Shown here one piece after another: positions 13,636 through 27,607 of a DNA stretch of 64,000 nt (within the stretch, counting starts at the first letter, position 1; every line of letters starts with the position of its first letter). Location: contig OZ024745.1 in assembly GCA_964016885.1 (NCBI GenBank), positions 94,364,001 through 94,428,000 of the forward strand, written 5' to 3'. The stretch is from Eledone cirrhosa (taxonomy: Eukaryota). Below the pieces are notes generated by a model that ran no database searches, had not been told where the DNA came from, and was given only the letters and a program-made list of their open reading frames with translations. The position numbers and the translations under genes are program-made.

Positions 13636-13915
13636 CCCGAGAGGGTAGTGGGGGCAGAGTCATCAAACCACCCTTACAGCGGGTCCTGTCAGAAGCAATC
13701 GTCTCCAACTGACCCGACTGGAGCCCCAACCAAGGCCAGTCAATTACATGGATGTCATCCAACTATCTTGCTCGGAGACTACCCCTGGGTCTCCTGCCGG
13801 TCGGTATTGCCAGTAAAACCTGTCCAGCGACTTTTTCCTGAGATATTCTAATGACATTCCCAGAGTAGCGGCTCTACCTGGTGTGACTCTCTGATCTCCG
13901 AGCTACGCACTATGC
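13636..13915 (-). mobile_element. RTE-clade LINE 3' fragment
   Basis: Minus-strand translation gives VRSSEIRESHQVEPLL. The 3' end is shared with 51001-51087, which carries a (GAA)n tail. Confidence 0.65.
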
Positions 13916-14377
13916 TGGAAGGAGTGTTTGGGAACTCTTCCCCCACGACCCTCCCAGATATAAGTGGGAGAAAAAGAAGATGTATAACACAACACACTCA
14001 GCCCATACAATTCACAATCATCGTCCGACACTAAACCGCATAAAACTAATTGTACAGCCCATACAATGTATTTATCCTTCTATCAGATATATTCCATATT
14101 AATTTGGATTTGCTTTTTCAAACATTGTTTCGTACATGTCCTTGTTTCACATATTTTCCAACTCTATTATGTAATATTGGCAGAATTTCAAGTTTCCCCA
14201 CAGATTCTATTGTGCCTGTAGTTATACACAGCATTTGCCAAGACTGGACAAACCTAATATATGGTCGATAATGCTTTTACATTTTCCAAACTGTCTTCAC
14301 TCTTTGCTTGTTTGATTGTAACTATATTGTTTGGTACTTTAGTTCATCTAACTACATATGTTGGACTACTAAGAATG

Positions 14378-14975
14378 ATGGATTGGCAGTATCGGTAGAG
14401 CGTCAGACATGATGCTTTGCAGCATAGAGTTATGACCGTTTACATTCTGGGTCCAAATCCCGCCGAGGTTAACTTTGCCGTTCATCCTTACGGGGTCGAT
14501 AAACTAAAGCACCAGTAATGCACTGGGGTAATTGTGCCAAAAGTAGAAACAATTATTTTTATCTCACAATAAATGGTTTGATTTTTATTCCTCTCTCAAT
14601 ATCTAAGTACATTTATTTTCATGGTGGATTGGCAGTATCGGTAGAGGGTCGGATGCCATGCTTTGCAGCAAAGAGTTACGGCCCTTTATGGTCTGAGTTC
14701 GAATCCCGCCGAAGTTAACTTTGCCTTTCATCCTTAAGGGGTCGATAAAATAAAGTACCAGTAATGCACTGGGATAATTGCTGGCCTTGTGCCAAAAGTA
14801 GAAATAATTATTATTGTATAAATCTGAATTCTGAGTTCGAATCCCGCCGAGGTTAACTTTGCCTTTCATCCTTACGGGGTCGATAAAATAAAGTACCAGT
14901 AATCACTGGGGTTGATTTAATCGACTTTCCCTTCTCCTTCAAATTGCTGGCCTTGTGCCTAAAGTAGAAAGAATC
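14378..14975 (+). mobile_element. Cluster of tRNA-derived SINE copies (two near-full, one 5'-truncated)
   Basis: A-box-like tggcagtatcggtag and B-box gagttc(a/g)aatcc, plus the core gcctttcatccttacggggtcgataaaataaagtaccag, which resembles the Deu/Nin SINE domain. Confidence 0.9.
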
Positions 14976-15199
14976 ATTGCGGAAATCTCATGTTTAAGTA
15001 CTCGTTGTGGAATATATCTGTATATTTTGTTCAGACTTTATTATATCAACATGCTTCAGCTCCATTTTTCTATTCGCTTTTCTCTGAATGTTCTACTTCT
15101 CATAGACTTTCTCATGCATTCCTCTCCATAAGTATCTCAGTACTAACTTTTAATCTTTTCATCTTTATTTTTTCCTTTTTATATATCGTTATTTACCGA

Positions 15200-15598
15200 A
15201 GGGCGGTGGATTGGCAGTATCGGTAGAGGGTCGGACGCCATGCTTTCCAGTATAGTTACGTCCCTTTACGATCTGAGTTCAAATCCCACCGAGGTTGACT
15301 TTGCCTTTCATCCTTATGGGGTCGATAAAATAAAGTACCAGTAATGCACTGGGTAATTGCTGGCCTTGTGCCTAAAGTAGAAACAGTTATTTACCGAAGC
15401 AGGGCGGTGAATTGGCAGTATCGGTGGAGGGTCGGACATGCTTTCCAGCATAGTTACGTCCCTTTACGATCTGAGTTCAATTCCCGCCGAGGTTAACTTT
15501 GCCTTTCATCCTTACGGGGTCGATAAAATAAAGTACCAGTAATGTACTGGGATAATTGCTGGCCTTGTGCCAAAAGTAGAAACAGTTATTTACCGAAG
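15200..15598 (+). mobile_element. Two tandem SINE copies
   Basis: Same consensus as above. The sequence gttatttaccgaag recurs at each junction. Confidence 0.9.
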
Positions 15599-16314
15599 CA
15601 GGTTAATTTTTATTTAAATGTCGATTATCCAAGATATTTCCGAAATCGTGAAATATTGTTACCATTACTGAAATTGAATAATAAAGAAAGATTTATTGAA
15701 ACTAAATAAATTTTATCTTACAAGTATAAATATTATCTTATTATTTAACAGAGATCAATATCTTCTAAGAAGAATTAGGATTTAATATGTCAAAAGGAAA
15801 TCAAAGAAATGAACGACAGTTAAGTTTTACAAGTTAATTTTTTATCACGCAGCAGGAGATTTTGGATTGTGAAAGAGTATGTATGTGTTGGCACAACACA
15901 CTTTGAAGCATTTAAACGTGGTTTCCTTTAAAAGTGTTCTTGTATAATTCACAGTTAGGTAAAAAAAAACTATTTTATTCGTAGCTTGTGGAAAGGCATG
16001 TGCTGTAAAGATTTGGTAAATAAAAATATCAAATATTCTGGTTAAATATCATTAGTTTTATGTGACTCAACTGATTGGTTTAGATACAAATGGAAGTTTC
16101 ATATATATATATATATATATATATTGTTATATTTGGGGAGGGTCATATTGTTATAATATTGCCAGAAATAATAATAGAACACACTTACTGTTTGGTTTGT
16201 ATTGAGTTTCGCTTCTGTATCTTTTATATCTTCATAGATAATTCATCTGGCAATCCATTTTTATCATTGATTAACCAACGTTTAAAAATACAGATATAAA
16301 TATATATATATAGT

Positions 16315-16360
16315 CTATCAAAGTTCTTTCGTCACACATCTGCGACATCATCAGTGGTAC
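16315..16360 (-). ncRNA. Degenerate type I hammerhead ribozyme
   Basis: Minus strand: gtacca CTGATGA t gtcgca gatg tgtgac GAAA gaac TT tgatag. Stem II has 6 bp; stem I is partly mismatched. Confidence 0.55.
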
Positions 16361-16387
16361 TATTATGTTCTCTCCCGTTGTATTGTA

Positions 16388-16900
16388 ATGCCTACGCCAT
16401 TTTTATTTTTATCTTCTCACAATACATCTTCTCACCCAGCACACACCCGTGCCAATATTCCACCTAACGTAATTAAGCAAATCTGCACAATAGTGTCTGA
16501 CCGAACAAGAGGCTCCAGACTAGAGGAGATGATAGAAATATTTATATTAAAAAGATATTCTCAGAATTTAATCAGCAATAGTATTCAGAAAGCAAAACGT
16601 ATTAGTATCCATGGAACCCGTAGAAACAAAACAAAAATAAAAGGAAAAAGGTTATACCGCATATTTCAATCTTTAATCCAGAAAACATTGAAATCTACAC
16701 ATACATACAATTCAACGTATTCTACTAAAGGACAAAAAAGACAAAAATAGCTCTTACAGAAATATCCAATTATAAAAAAGTAAAGAGTCGGCCAAAGTCA
16801 TTAAAAACGACACTGAAGAATGCCAAGTTGCCAGCAGGTAATTAAAGATCTTGTAGTAAAAAATGCAAATTTTCAACTGTTGAAAATTGCAAACTTGACT
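16388..16900 (+). mobile_element. Degenerate Penelope-like RT thumb fragment
   Basis: SSHPAHTRANIP..IKQICTIVSD..RLEEM..F..KRYS matches the PLE post-RT S.HP motif region. Confidence 0.6.
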
Positions 16901-16914
16901 GTCACCACATATTA

Positions 16915-16953
16915 TGAACCTGAAGATTGCGAAAGCATGAAAGTACTTGTTCA
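16915..16953 (+). ncRNA. Minimal type I hammerhead ribozyme
   Basis: tgaac CTGAAGA t tgc gaaa gca t GAAA gtac TT gttca: 5-bp stem I and a palindromic GTAC loop III, located downstream of the PLE fragment. Confidence 0.7.
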
Positions 16954-17112
16954 ATTAACACTTAGAATTTAATATTCTATCATACCATTTCATTATAATA
17001 CCATTATATATTTTAAAGGATTGTAAATAAAACGAGTAAATCAGACAAAGTTGGAATTCCTCTTATTAATATAATCTTCTATACACAATCATACACACCC
17101 GTGTATATTTAC

Positions 17113-17149
<37 letters not shown>

Positions 17150-18903
17150 CATACATACGTACACACACACGCGTGTATATGAGCATTGTGTATATGTAAG
17201 AACGTGCCTGTCTTTATGTTTAAGTTCACTGTTTAAGTTCCGTAACTTAGCAATTATACGAAAGGAGATCAATGAAATATGTTCCAGACATGGAACAACA
17301 AACATTATGCTCTTTATGATCGACTAAATTTCCTCAAGGTGGCACTCGAATATGAACGTCGCAAGTTCTTTTGTCGGTGCCAAGGTCACTGAAGATCTGG
17401 AGAGAAATCTTTGTATTCTTCATACATTACAATAATAGCTGTGCCCCAGCATGGTCTCAGCCTGTTGGCTGGAACACGTAATAGAATAGTAGAGTAATAG
17501 AGTACATATGGCCTGTCCATCTGAATCAATATTTAATGATGGGGGTTTCGATGCTGTTAGCTTGAGCTGTTTCAAAGATTGCACAATTGGTGATGTAGTC
17601 CCCCTATTTGTTGTTGAGAATTGATAGAATCATCTGCTGGTGAAAGGACCCAGGTTTCTTGATATCACAGTGGTATAAGGTTCATGCTTTGCATTAGTGG
17701 AATAAAGTTGAAAACGACAATAACTTCATACACCATGAGTTTGGATTATTGTTTTAATGTTTTGTCTCTAATGACGGTGTGGGATAGTGTTCTGAAATCA
17801 ACACAATCAGCACAAAACCTTCTTGGAGTTCCATTGCATCAAGAGGAGACTTCTATGGTAGAAGAAATAATCTACATATTCCAGATGGTAACGTTTAGAT
17901 CTGGAAATATTTTCCTTTGTGCAGCTTGGGAAACCACTTTTTTTTCCGAATGTTGATAGTTTGATGAATGTGGTAACTCACTACTGGCTCTCCTGAGTTA
18001 CATTAACTCGGGAATATGCGTTTCTCTGTTCTTTGCAGAAGGCAATGTCAATTTTAATTCATTCCATGAGCAGCAGTGTTTTGTGGTCCTTTGGGTGTAT
18101 TAGCTTAGAGATACCATTTTGTCTAATTTTAAATTTTAAATTTTCATTCTGATGATTGAAAGCAAAATTTGTTTGCTTTTAAGAAACCATTGGTAAATAA
18201 AATCATTTTAAATGTTATACATATTACAAAATTATGGCAAGTTGCCCAGTATTTATAAATTAATAAATTTGGTATGAGTTTTAGGATAATCGCATGAGTT
18301 AAGAAGGGTAGGAGTGAGACGAAATTTCAGTTGTTTTTATCAGCTTGTGTCAATTCATATAAAATGTATTAAATTTTAAATTTTGTACAACTTTCCATCA
18401 TTTTTGTAATATGGATTATATTTTAAATTAGGCAGGTTAGTATTTCTTAATCGATAAATCCAAAAATGGCCATAAAACACTTCTCATGGAATTGATTAAA
18501 ATTGTTATTGCCTTCTGCATAGAACGGAGAAAATGCATTTATCTCTTCATCCCCATACATTCCATTAACAGCTGGTTTTATTGAATATTTTAAGTGATTT
18601 ATTGTGAACGCCATCATTGTAACCAGAAATATTAGCAGCATAATGAAGTCTAAATAATTCAAGAGAAGAAACATGGCTGAATTACACAAGTCTATGTGCT
18701 TTTGAGAGTCAGGTTATATGAACTTGTACAAAATTCTTCGAAGTCATTCGTATATGATATCGTCAAAGTTAAAGTTAACTCTTTAATAAAACCTCTTGAA
18801 TTCAGTTCCTGACCGTAATATCTAATTTCCCATGAGATAAAACGTTAGTGCATGAAATAACTGGTATCTTGTCAGCAGCAAGGTTAACTAACTAATAATT
18901 GTG

Positions 18904-19300
18904 TCTACTTTTTGCACAAGGCCAGCAATTACCCAGTGCATTACTGGTGCTTTATTTTATCGACCCCGTAAGGATGAAAGGCAAAGTTAACCTCGGCGGG
19001 ATTTGAACTCAGAATGGCAAGGGCCGTAACCCTATGCGTCAAAGCATGGCGTCCGACCCTCTACCGATACTGCCGGTTTCTGATTTAGGCACAAGGCCAA
19101 GGCCATCAATTTTGGGGGACGGGAAAGTCGATTAAATTGACCCCAGTGCGTGAGACTGGTACTTTATTTTATCGACCCCGTAAGGATGAAAGGGAAAGTT
19201 AACCTTGGCGGAATTTGAACTCAGATCATAAAGGGCCGTAACTCTATGCTGCAAAGCATGGGGTTCGACCCTCTACCGATACTGTCAATCCACCGCCCTG
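18904..19300 (-). mobile_element. Two tandem SINE copies
   Basis: Reverse complement of the SINE consensus, present twice. Confidence 0.9.
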
Positions 19301-20274
19301 GTTAACTAACTAATATTAAAATTATTTTATTATCTATCAAAAGCCACAACAACAAGCTTGCATTTGGAAATAAAAAGATAGTTAATGTTACATTCAAGCT
19401 AGTATTCTTACGAAAACGAGTTCACCCGATATTTAACAATATACTATCTAAAACGTGTCAAGAGAAACAAAACAAACTATTTTCGCAATATGCATCTGTA
19501 AAGGAATATGATGATTAAAATCATGTAATATCATGATTTATCTGCAGTAAAATATTGACTATGGTGCGGATAGCGGAAGCAATACTTCACAATATCTAGC
19601 GGCAGCCAATCTACTTTGGAGATTTGAATTAAAGTTTTGTTTACGTTGCATAAACCAATTTAAACGTATCTCTCAAACAAACAAACAAACAAACTAATAA
19701 TAGCAGAAACAACAATAACAACAATAATCCTTATATTATAATACAAAATGGGTCTTTTAAAACATGTACACACACACATACACAGTCCGGCCTTCTGTAG
19801 TTTTTAAATGAATATTTAACTCTGTTCCTGCACTATCCATGAGATAGCATATTTACCATGGATGATTTGCATAATATCGAGTGCTTTAATTTATTTCATC
19901 ATGGTTTACTAACCGAAATGACCAGTTCTACCCATTGGTAAACCACACAGCATAAATGGTATATATATATACACACACGCACGCACACACGCACGCACGT
20001 AAAGTTGGCGGCAGCACAAAGGCAGCGTTTAAGTATAATAGAGGTACATATGAAAACATGTTACACATTTGTATACAATAAACATATGGGGAAGGATCAA
20101 CAAATCTTGAAACAGCGCTGTTGGAAATGTACCAGCAACTCTGTGATATATTCAGAGGAAAATAGAGAAGAATAAACTTTTTCGATAAGAAAAAATATTT
20201 TTCTTCGTATATCAACGAATGATGTATGTTTATATGTGTTTTCATATGCTACTCTCTTTATATATATATATATA

Positions 20275-21953
<1,679 letters not shown>

Positions 21954-22223
21954 ATTAAACAGAGTCGAACAAAAATTTAATACAATATCTTAAATCAGGT
22001 TATAAATTTAGTATACAAAACAAACGTGGGTAGCTCATCAACAAAAGGTGAGGCAACCATCTGTGTAGTATAATGACACCGCAGGACTGAGTCTACAGTC
22101 CGCTCAAATCATCGTTTGTAAACTGAGCTTTCCGAATTTGACCATGATCAAATACGAGTTTAGTGGAATGATAACACTTACTACATTCTGTGAAGAGTAG
22201 TTTTAGCTCGTTAGTTGTATCTA

Positions 22224-22432
22224 TGGGGTGGACACTGAAAAACTGAGTGATACAAAAATAACTTTTACAAACACATGGTTTTTCGTATTTTTAAAATTTT
22301 ATTTGGAAATATAAGTAATGGATTTTTTTCAGTATTATGTGTGAAAAACAACAAGGGATGCTCTATAACCTGCAAAAAAAAAAAAAAAAAAAAAAAGATT
22401 GAAAACGAACAATTTTTTCAGTGGCCACCCTG
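22224..22432. mobile_element. Putative Tc1/mariner-type MITE
   Basis: Imperfect TIRs gggtggacactgaaaaa / tttttcagtggccaccc. Confidence 0.55.
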
Positions 22433-22543
22433 TCGATGTTTGGTGTTTTTCTTTACCAACAATGTTATCAACGTAATCATTTCTATCATCTCCAAAATCA
22501 ACACATATTTCCTCTTGTTCTACTTTCGGTTATTTAGCTGTTC

Positions 22544-22630
22544 TTGATGGAATGGCTCTTCCAGCGCATCTCCCTTACCATCCTCCGGGGAAACGCCTTC
22601 TCCATTTGTCGGCCGGGGTTGTGGGGCGGC
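22544..22630 (+). mobile_element. CRE-clade non-LTR 3' fragment
   Basis: EWLFQRISLTILRGNAFSI matches the FQRLS..IQRGNA C-terminal motif. It is homologous to 60525-60716. Confidence 0.65.
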
Positions 22631-23606
22631 CAGCACGTGGGACCCCATTTGCTCACTATACAGAGAGATGGGGTGAGCGAGAGAGCTGGAGGCGATGACA
22701 GTGGGAGTTCGGTTCTTCCATTTTCGGACACATGGCACCAGTCATGTGGCTCATGTGATAATTTCATTTTCTCAATATTCACACTTACATATGCAGATAT
22801 GTTTAGGCCGTAGTTATTCAATAACAGTCGTTTGACTGAATATTCATCATGGCATTTCAATGGCTTGTAGAAATGCTTGGCGGAGCCTATCTCTTCTTCA
22901 AGTATATAATCTGATCTCCTCACACCAAGAAAAACAAACAACAATCTAATTCTATCGGGTTATTATTGCTAATTCTAACAATCCTAATTCTCCAGTTATT
23001 TATGTGGTTGTGTATCCTTTTCGGAAAGAAAATCCAGGTCTTTACTTTCCTTTATTTTAGGCTCATCCTTTTTTTTTAGTCATTGTTTCCTCTTTTTGCT
23101 GTCCTCGATGTTTCCTCGATGTTATCCTCAAAGCTTATCCTCCAGCCTTGCCACAGATGATGATGGTGTACAGATCGAAGCTTCTGGACGGCCCTATACT
23201 GAAGAAGGGCACTCCTCAGCTTCTCGGTCCCAATTAGCACACAGAATGATGTGATTTCGTTTGTTTTTGTTCCTGCTTTGCCTGTCTTCGAGGTGGGAAT
23301 GGTGGTTCCGTGAGAACAGTGCTAGCAATAGCCACAATCCTGCTATTTTCCCGTTGCTAATATCAAAGTCTCTATTCCCATAGACACCTAAGAAATGAAA
23401 AAAATAAAAAAATCGACTATTTCGGCTGTCTCACTAATGCGACACATTAAATTGGATAATAAGTCCTCCAGTGAAGTCTTCTATCATTTTGAAAACATGT
23501 TAACTTATTTCTCTTCTTCAACTTTCACTAGCACACGTGTAGCATTCAAACAATACGATAACTAAGATGCTTTGAATGAGAGATATTTTCTACAACATTG
23601 AAATAC

Positions 23607-24001
23607 AAAGATCAGCTGAAAAGTTCATAGGCTGACCAAGATACTCTCATGGAATGACCAAATGAGATTTATTTTTCCACATTGTTTCTGGAGAGAAACA
23701 ATGCAGTTATTAATAAGAAGAGTCGAAGTTAGTTGTTTTTACTTTTGGTACAATGCCAGCAAATACCCAGTACATTACTGGTACTTTATTTTTTCGACCC
23801 CGTAAAGAGGAAAGGCAAAGTTAACCTCGGCGGGATTTGAACTCAGATCTTAAAGGGCCGTAACTATTTGCTGCAAAGCATGGCGACCGACCCTCTACCG
23901 ATACTGCCAATCCACCACCTTGAAATTAATGCATGCACGATTTAACAGCTTTAGCATCACTCCTTCCTAGTCAGCCTATGAAATTTTCAGCCGACCCTCG
24001 T
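23607..24001. mobile_element. Mariner-type MITE interrupted by a minus-strand SINE (~23735-23920)
   Basis: TIRs gctgaaaagttcataggctgac / gtcagcctatgaaattttcagccgaccctcg. An uninterrupted copy lies at 51660-51856. Confidence 0.8.
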
Positions 24002-24221
24002 TTTAATGGCTTGACCTTGGGAACAAATATAATATCCCAATTAGCACCGAAAATGAGCTACTATCAAATAATATTCATACAAACTTTAAAACAATATTTT
24101 GGTAAATTCCTTAACCAGCATCACATCCGTCCAGTCCTCCTTCTACTAGTATTGCCACATCTCCACATGTATATATTCATTGTGGATTTGTAGGGAACTT
24201 CGCCAAGATAACAATAATAGT

Positions 24222-24430
24222 TGTCTGATTTAAGCACAAGGCCAAACATTTGGGGGAGGGAGAGAAGGTTACATTGACCACAGTGCATTACTGGTATTTG
24301 ATTTTATCAACCACGTAATGATGAAAGGCGAAGTTACCATCGGCGAGATTTGAAATCAAAACAGAAACGGCCGTAACTCTATACCACGAAACATGGTGTT
24401 CGAGACTCTACCGGTACTGCCAATCTATCG
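24222..24430 (-). mobile_element. Diverged SINE copy
   Basis: Reverse complement of the SINE consensus with diagnostic catcattacgtggttgataaaatcaaatacc. Confidence 0.85.
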
Positions 24431-24447
24431 ATCTCAGGTACAGATAA

Positions 24448-26374
24448 AACCGTGTAACGGAAAAAAATGTTTTCTCTGTTCCTGGCTTGTAATCACTTTC
24501 TTTGTGTTGCTTAGGTCCCAAATAAATAAAAAAGTGCTATTAAACAGTTAAAAGTTTGGGTTTGTAAACATTCTAAGCTATTCATTAGAATTATTTGTAT
24601 GCTGGATTTTACGTTGTATGTAAGTTTAATTTGCTTATGTTAAATGATTTTTTTTATATATGTTTCAGGTTAAATTAAAATTATAAAATAAAGAGTAATA
24701 CCTAAAGAAAATTATAAAAGTGCAATAAAGTATAACATTGTTAAAAAGTGGATTAAAGAGATTTATTGATACTGGATTTTCGCACCCTGAATAAAGGGTA
24801 AGTTGTGTTTTAAGCATTCGTCTCCCGGATGAAGCAGTGGAAATTGGTCAAGGAGGAAGTGCAGGTGACAAGTCAGAGAAGTCGACACGAACCTTTCTCA
24901 GGCTTTTACACTCTTAGGGATGGCCTCTGCTTCTGCCATGGCGTGCCTGGACTGTTTGACGTTATTGAGTTGCCGTTTGTGCCCAATGAGTGGCGGCTAT
25001 TTATAGACAGCTCCACCAGAAGTTTGAAGGCTGTCCTCCTCCACAATGGAAACAAGTTCCCGACACTGCCCCTAGCTCATTCAGTCTGCCTGAAGGAAGA
25101 TTACTACAGCGTGAAAGTCCTCTTGGAAGCTCGGCAATACAACCAGTACAATTGGGAAATCATTGGAGACTTCAAGATGGTAGCTTTCCTGCTTGGACTC
25201 CAAGGAGGCTTTATCAAATTCCAATGCTTCCTCTGCCTTTGGGACAGCAGAGCCACCTCTGACCACTACAAAAGAAAGAACTGGGAGCAGCGAACAGAAT
25301 TTGTAGTTGGGACCCGGAACGTCAAGTGGGAGCCACTGGTTGATCCCAGGATTGTGCTCATGCCGCCACTGCACATTAAGTTGGGGTTGATGAAGGCTCT
25401 CAACCAAGAATCAGCCGCTTTTAAGTACCTTCTTGAGTTCTTCCCCAAGTTATCTGAGGCCAAAATCAAAGGTGGAATTTTTGTTGGACCTCAGATAAAG
25501 AAGTTGTTTGAGTCTACCGAGTTCTCCAATAAGCTCAATAGGATTGAGAGAACAGCATGGAACTGTTTCAAGGCAGTTGTTAAGGGCTTCCTGGGCAACT
25601 ACAGAGCTGAAAACGACCAGCAACTGGTGCAGGATCTGATAAAGGCTTTTGGTGCCATGGGATGCAGGATGTCGTTTAAACTCCATATGCTGGACGCTCA
25701 CCTGGAAAAATTCAAGGACAATATGGGCGTCTACTCAGAAGAACAAGGCGAACGATTCCACCAAGATGTGAAAGAGATAGAGCGGAGGTATCAGGGCCAC
25801 TACAATAAAAAAATGATGGAGGACTATATCTGGGGGCTAGTGCGGGAATGCGACGTGGACTACAACCGCAAATCCAGGAAATCCAGTCATTTCTGACGTA
25901 CATAAGTTGCTTTATAAGTGTTATTTGTTTTTACTTGTTTGCTTTTGATAAGCTTGTGTAATAAAATAAATATATACTCAGTTGATTTAATTATATGAAC
26001 TGATAAATTTTTAAAAAATGTGAAAAATATGAAAATTTCGAAATATCAAACTACTGACCACAAACCCAAACTTCTGATTAAATAAAAGTGTTTTTTTAAA
26101 TAATAATTGTTTCTACTTTAGGCACAAGGCCAGCAATTATCCCAGTGTATTACTAGTACTTTATTTTATCGACCCCGTAAGGATGAAAGGCAAAGTTAAC
26201 CTCGGCGGGATTTGAACTCAGACTGTAAAAAGGGACGTAACTATGCTAGAAAGCATGGCGTCCAAGCCTCTACCGATACTGCCAATTCACCGCCCTTTTT
26301 TATTATAATAATGGGATATAACAAACCAGGAAATGACACTTAGAACCGGGGAACAAAAAATATGTTACACGGTG
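24448..26374 (+). mobile_element. Chapaev3-like (CMC) DNA transposon, internally deleted, with a SINE inserted at ~26108-26296
   Basis: TAA|aaccgtgtaac...gttacacggtg|TAA gives short CAC-type TIRs with a 3-bp TWA TSD around a transposase ORF. Confidence 0.85.
24829..25896 (+). CDS. Chapaev3-like DDE transposase catalytic region (N-terminus missing)
   Basis: 355-aa open frame with WRLFIDSS, GDFKMV, CFLCLWDSR, PPLHIKLG, KLHML.AH and SEEQGERFHQD motifs. Confidence 0.8.
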   Translation: MKQWKLVKEEVQVTSQRSRHEPFSGFYTLRDGLCFCHGVPGLFDVIELPFVPNEWRLFIDSSTRSLKAVLLHNGNKFPTLPLAHSVCLKEDYYSVKVLLEARQYNQYNWEIIGDFKMVAFLLGLQGGFIKFQCFLCLWDSRATSDHYKRKNWEQRTEFVVGTRNVKWEPLVDPRIVLMPPLHIKLGLMKALNQESAAFKYLLEFFPKLSEAKIKGGIFVGPQIKKLFESTEFSNKLNRIERTAWNCFKAVVKGFLGNYRAENDQQLVQDLIKAFGAMGCRMSFKLHMLDAHLEKFKDNMGVYSEEQGERFHQDVKEIERRYQGHYNKKMMEDYIWGLVRECDVDYNRKSRKSSHF

Positions 26375-26791
26375 TAATAAATAATAAATTATATTACAGT
26401 TTTATTTTAATTCCCACATACCTTTTTCGATTTTGTCGTTAAAATGATCCTTTAACAATTAGCTAACCCGTGGTTTGGGACCACAGGTTCGAAATATGAC
26501 AAAATTCAAACAAAATATAACAGATCTTAATTTTCAACATCCATCGCAGAGAAGTTTACATAAATGTTTTTGTGTGCACAGATTTCAAAAAACATGACAG
26601 TTAATATAGAATGATGTAAAACAACAAGTTTTGATATACACACTTTTTATCTTCAATACGAATTGTCAATTTGGAAATTGGTGCTATGGAAAAAGTGTCA
26701 TTAAAAGTTGTATGGGGAAAAGATATATGACAATTATATTATTCGGTCGACTAGGATGTGTCTCGCATTAAAACTAACAAAAAGAAGAATA

Positions 26792-27082
26792 CGAGGGTCG
26801 GCTGAAAATTTCATAGGCTGACTATGAAGGGGTGATGCTAAAGCTATCAAATCTTGCATGCATTAATTTCAAGGTGGTGGATTGGCAGTATCGGTAGAGG
26901 GTCGGTCGCCATGCTTTGCAGCAAATAGTTACGGCCGTATATGGTCTGAGTTCAAATCCCGCCGCGGTTAACTTTGCCTTTCATCATTACGTGGTTGATA
27001 AAATCAAATACCAGTAATGCACTGTGGTCAATGTAACCGACTCTCCCTCCCCCAAATGTTTGGCCTTGTGCTTAAATCAGAA
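26792..27082 (+). mobile_element. Half mariner MITE joined to a hybrid SINE
   Basis: TA|cgagggtcggctgaaaatttcatagg end. The SINE 5' half matches the 23.8-kb copy and the 3' half matches the 24.3-kb copy. Confidence 0.75.
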
Positions 27083-27542
27083 ACTATTATTTTTATCTTG
27101 GCGAAGTTCCCTACAAATCCACAATGAACATATACATGTGGAGATGTGGCAATACTAGTAGAAGGAGGACTGGACGGATGTGATGCTGGTTAAGGAATTT
27201 ACCAAAATATTGTTTTAAAGTTTGTATGTATATTATGTGATAGTAGCTCATTTTCGGTGCTAATTGGGATATTATATTTGTTCCCAAGGTCAAGCCATTA
27301 TATATATTGATGAAGGACTATCGTCCAAAACGTTACGACTTTTTCTATTATGCTAAGCGTGAAACTAATACATATCTTCATTGTACTTCATCGCCTGTTG
27401 TGTTTTTTGGTTTACTTTTCGCCCTCCCCCCATATATATTTATGTAGTATACGTGCACATAGTCATATAAAATGGTGTTGTGTGCGTATATATATATATA
27501 TACGATATTAATAAGTGGAAACTATATTTATAAAACCATATT

Positions 27543-27607
27543 TATTTCATTATATATATTTCAAGGATATCAAGTTACATTATGGTATGCCTTCATCAGA
27601 CAAAATA
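27543..27607 (-). ncRNA. PLE-associated minimal type I hammerhead ribozyme
   Basis: tattttgt CTGATGA aggcata..tatcctt GAAA tatata TA atgaaata, downstream of and in sense with the PLE ORF. Confidence 0.75.

Noticed and set aside
17500-18860. Possible decayed transposase or host exons
   Set aside because: I could not recognise a motif in any frame, and there are many stops.
23933-24193. Peptide repeated three times (also 27111 and 32790) as a gene family
   Set aside because: It is explained by local duplication of non-coding DNA, with no domain or splice support.
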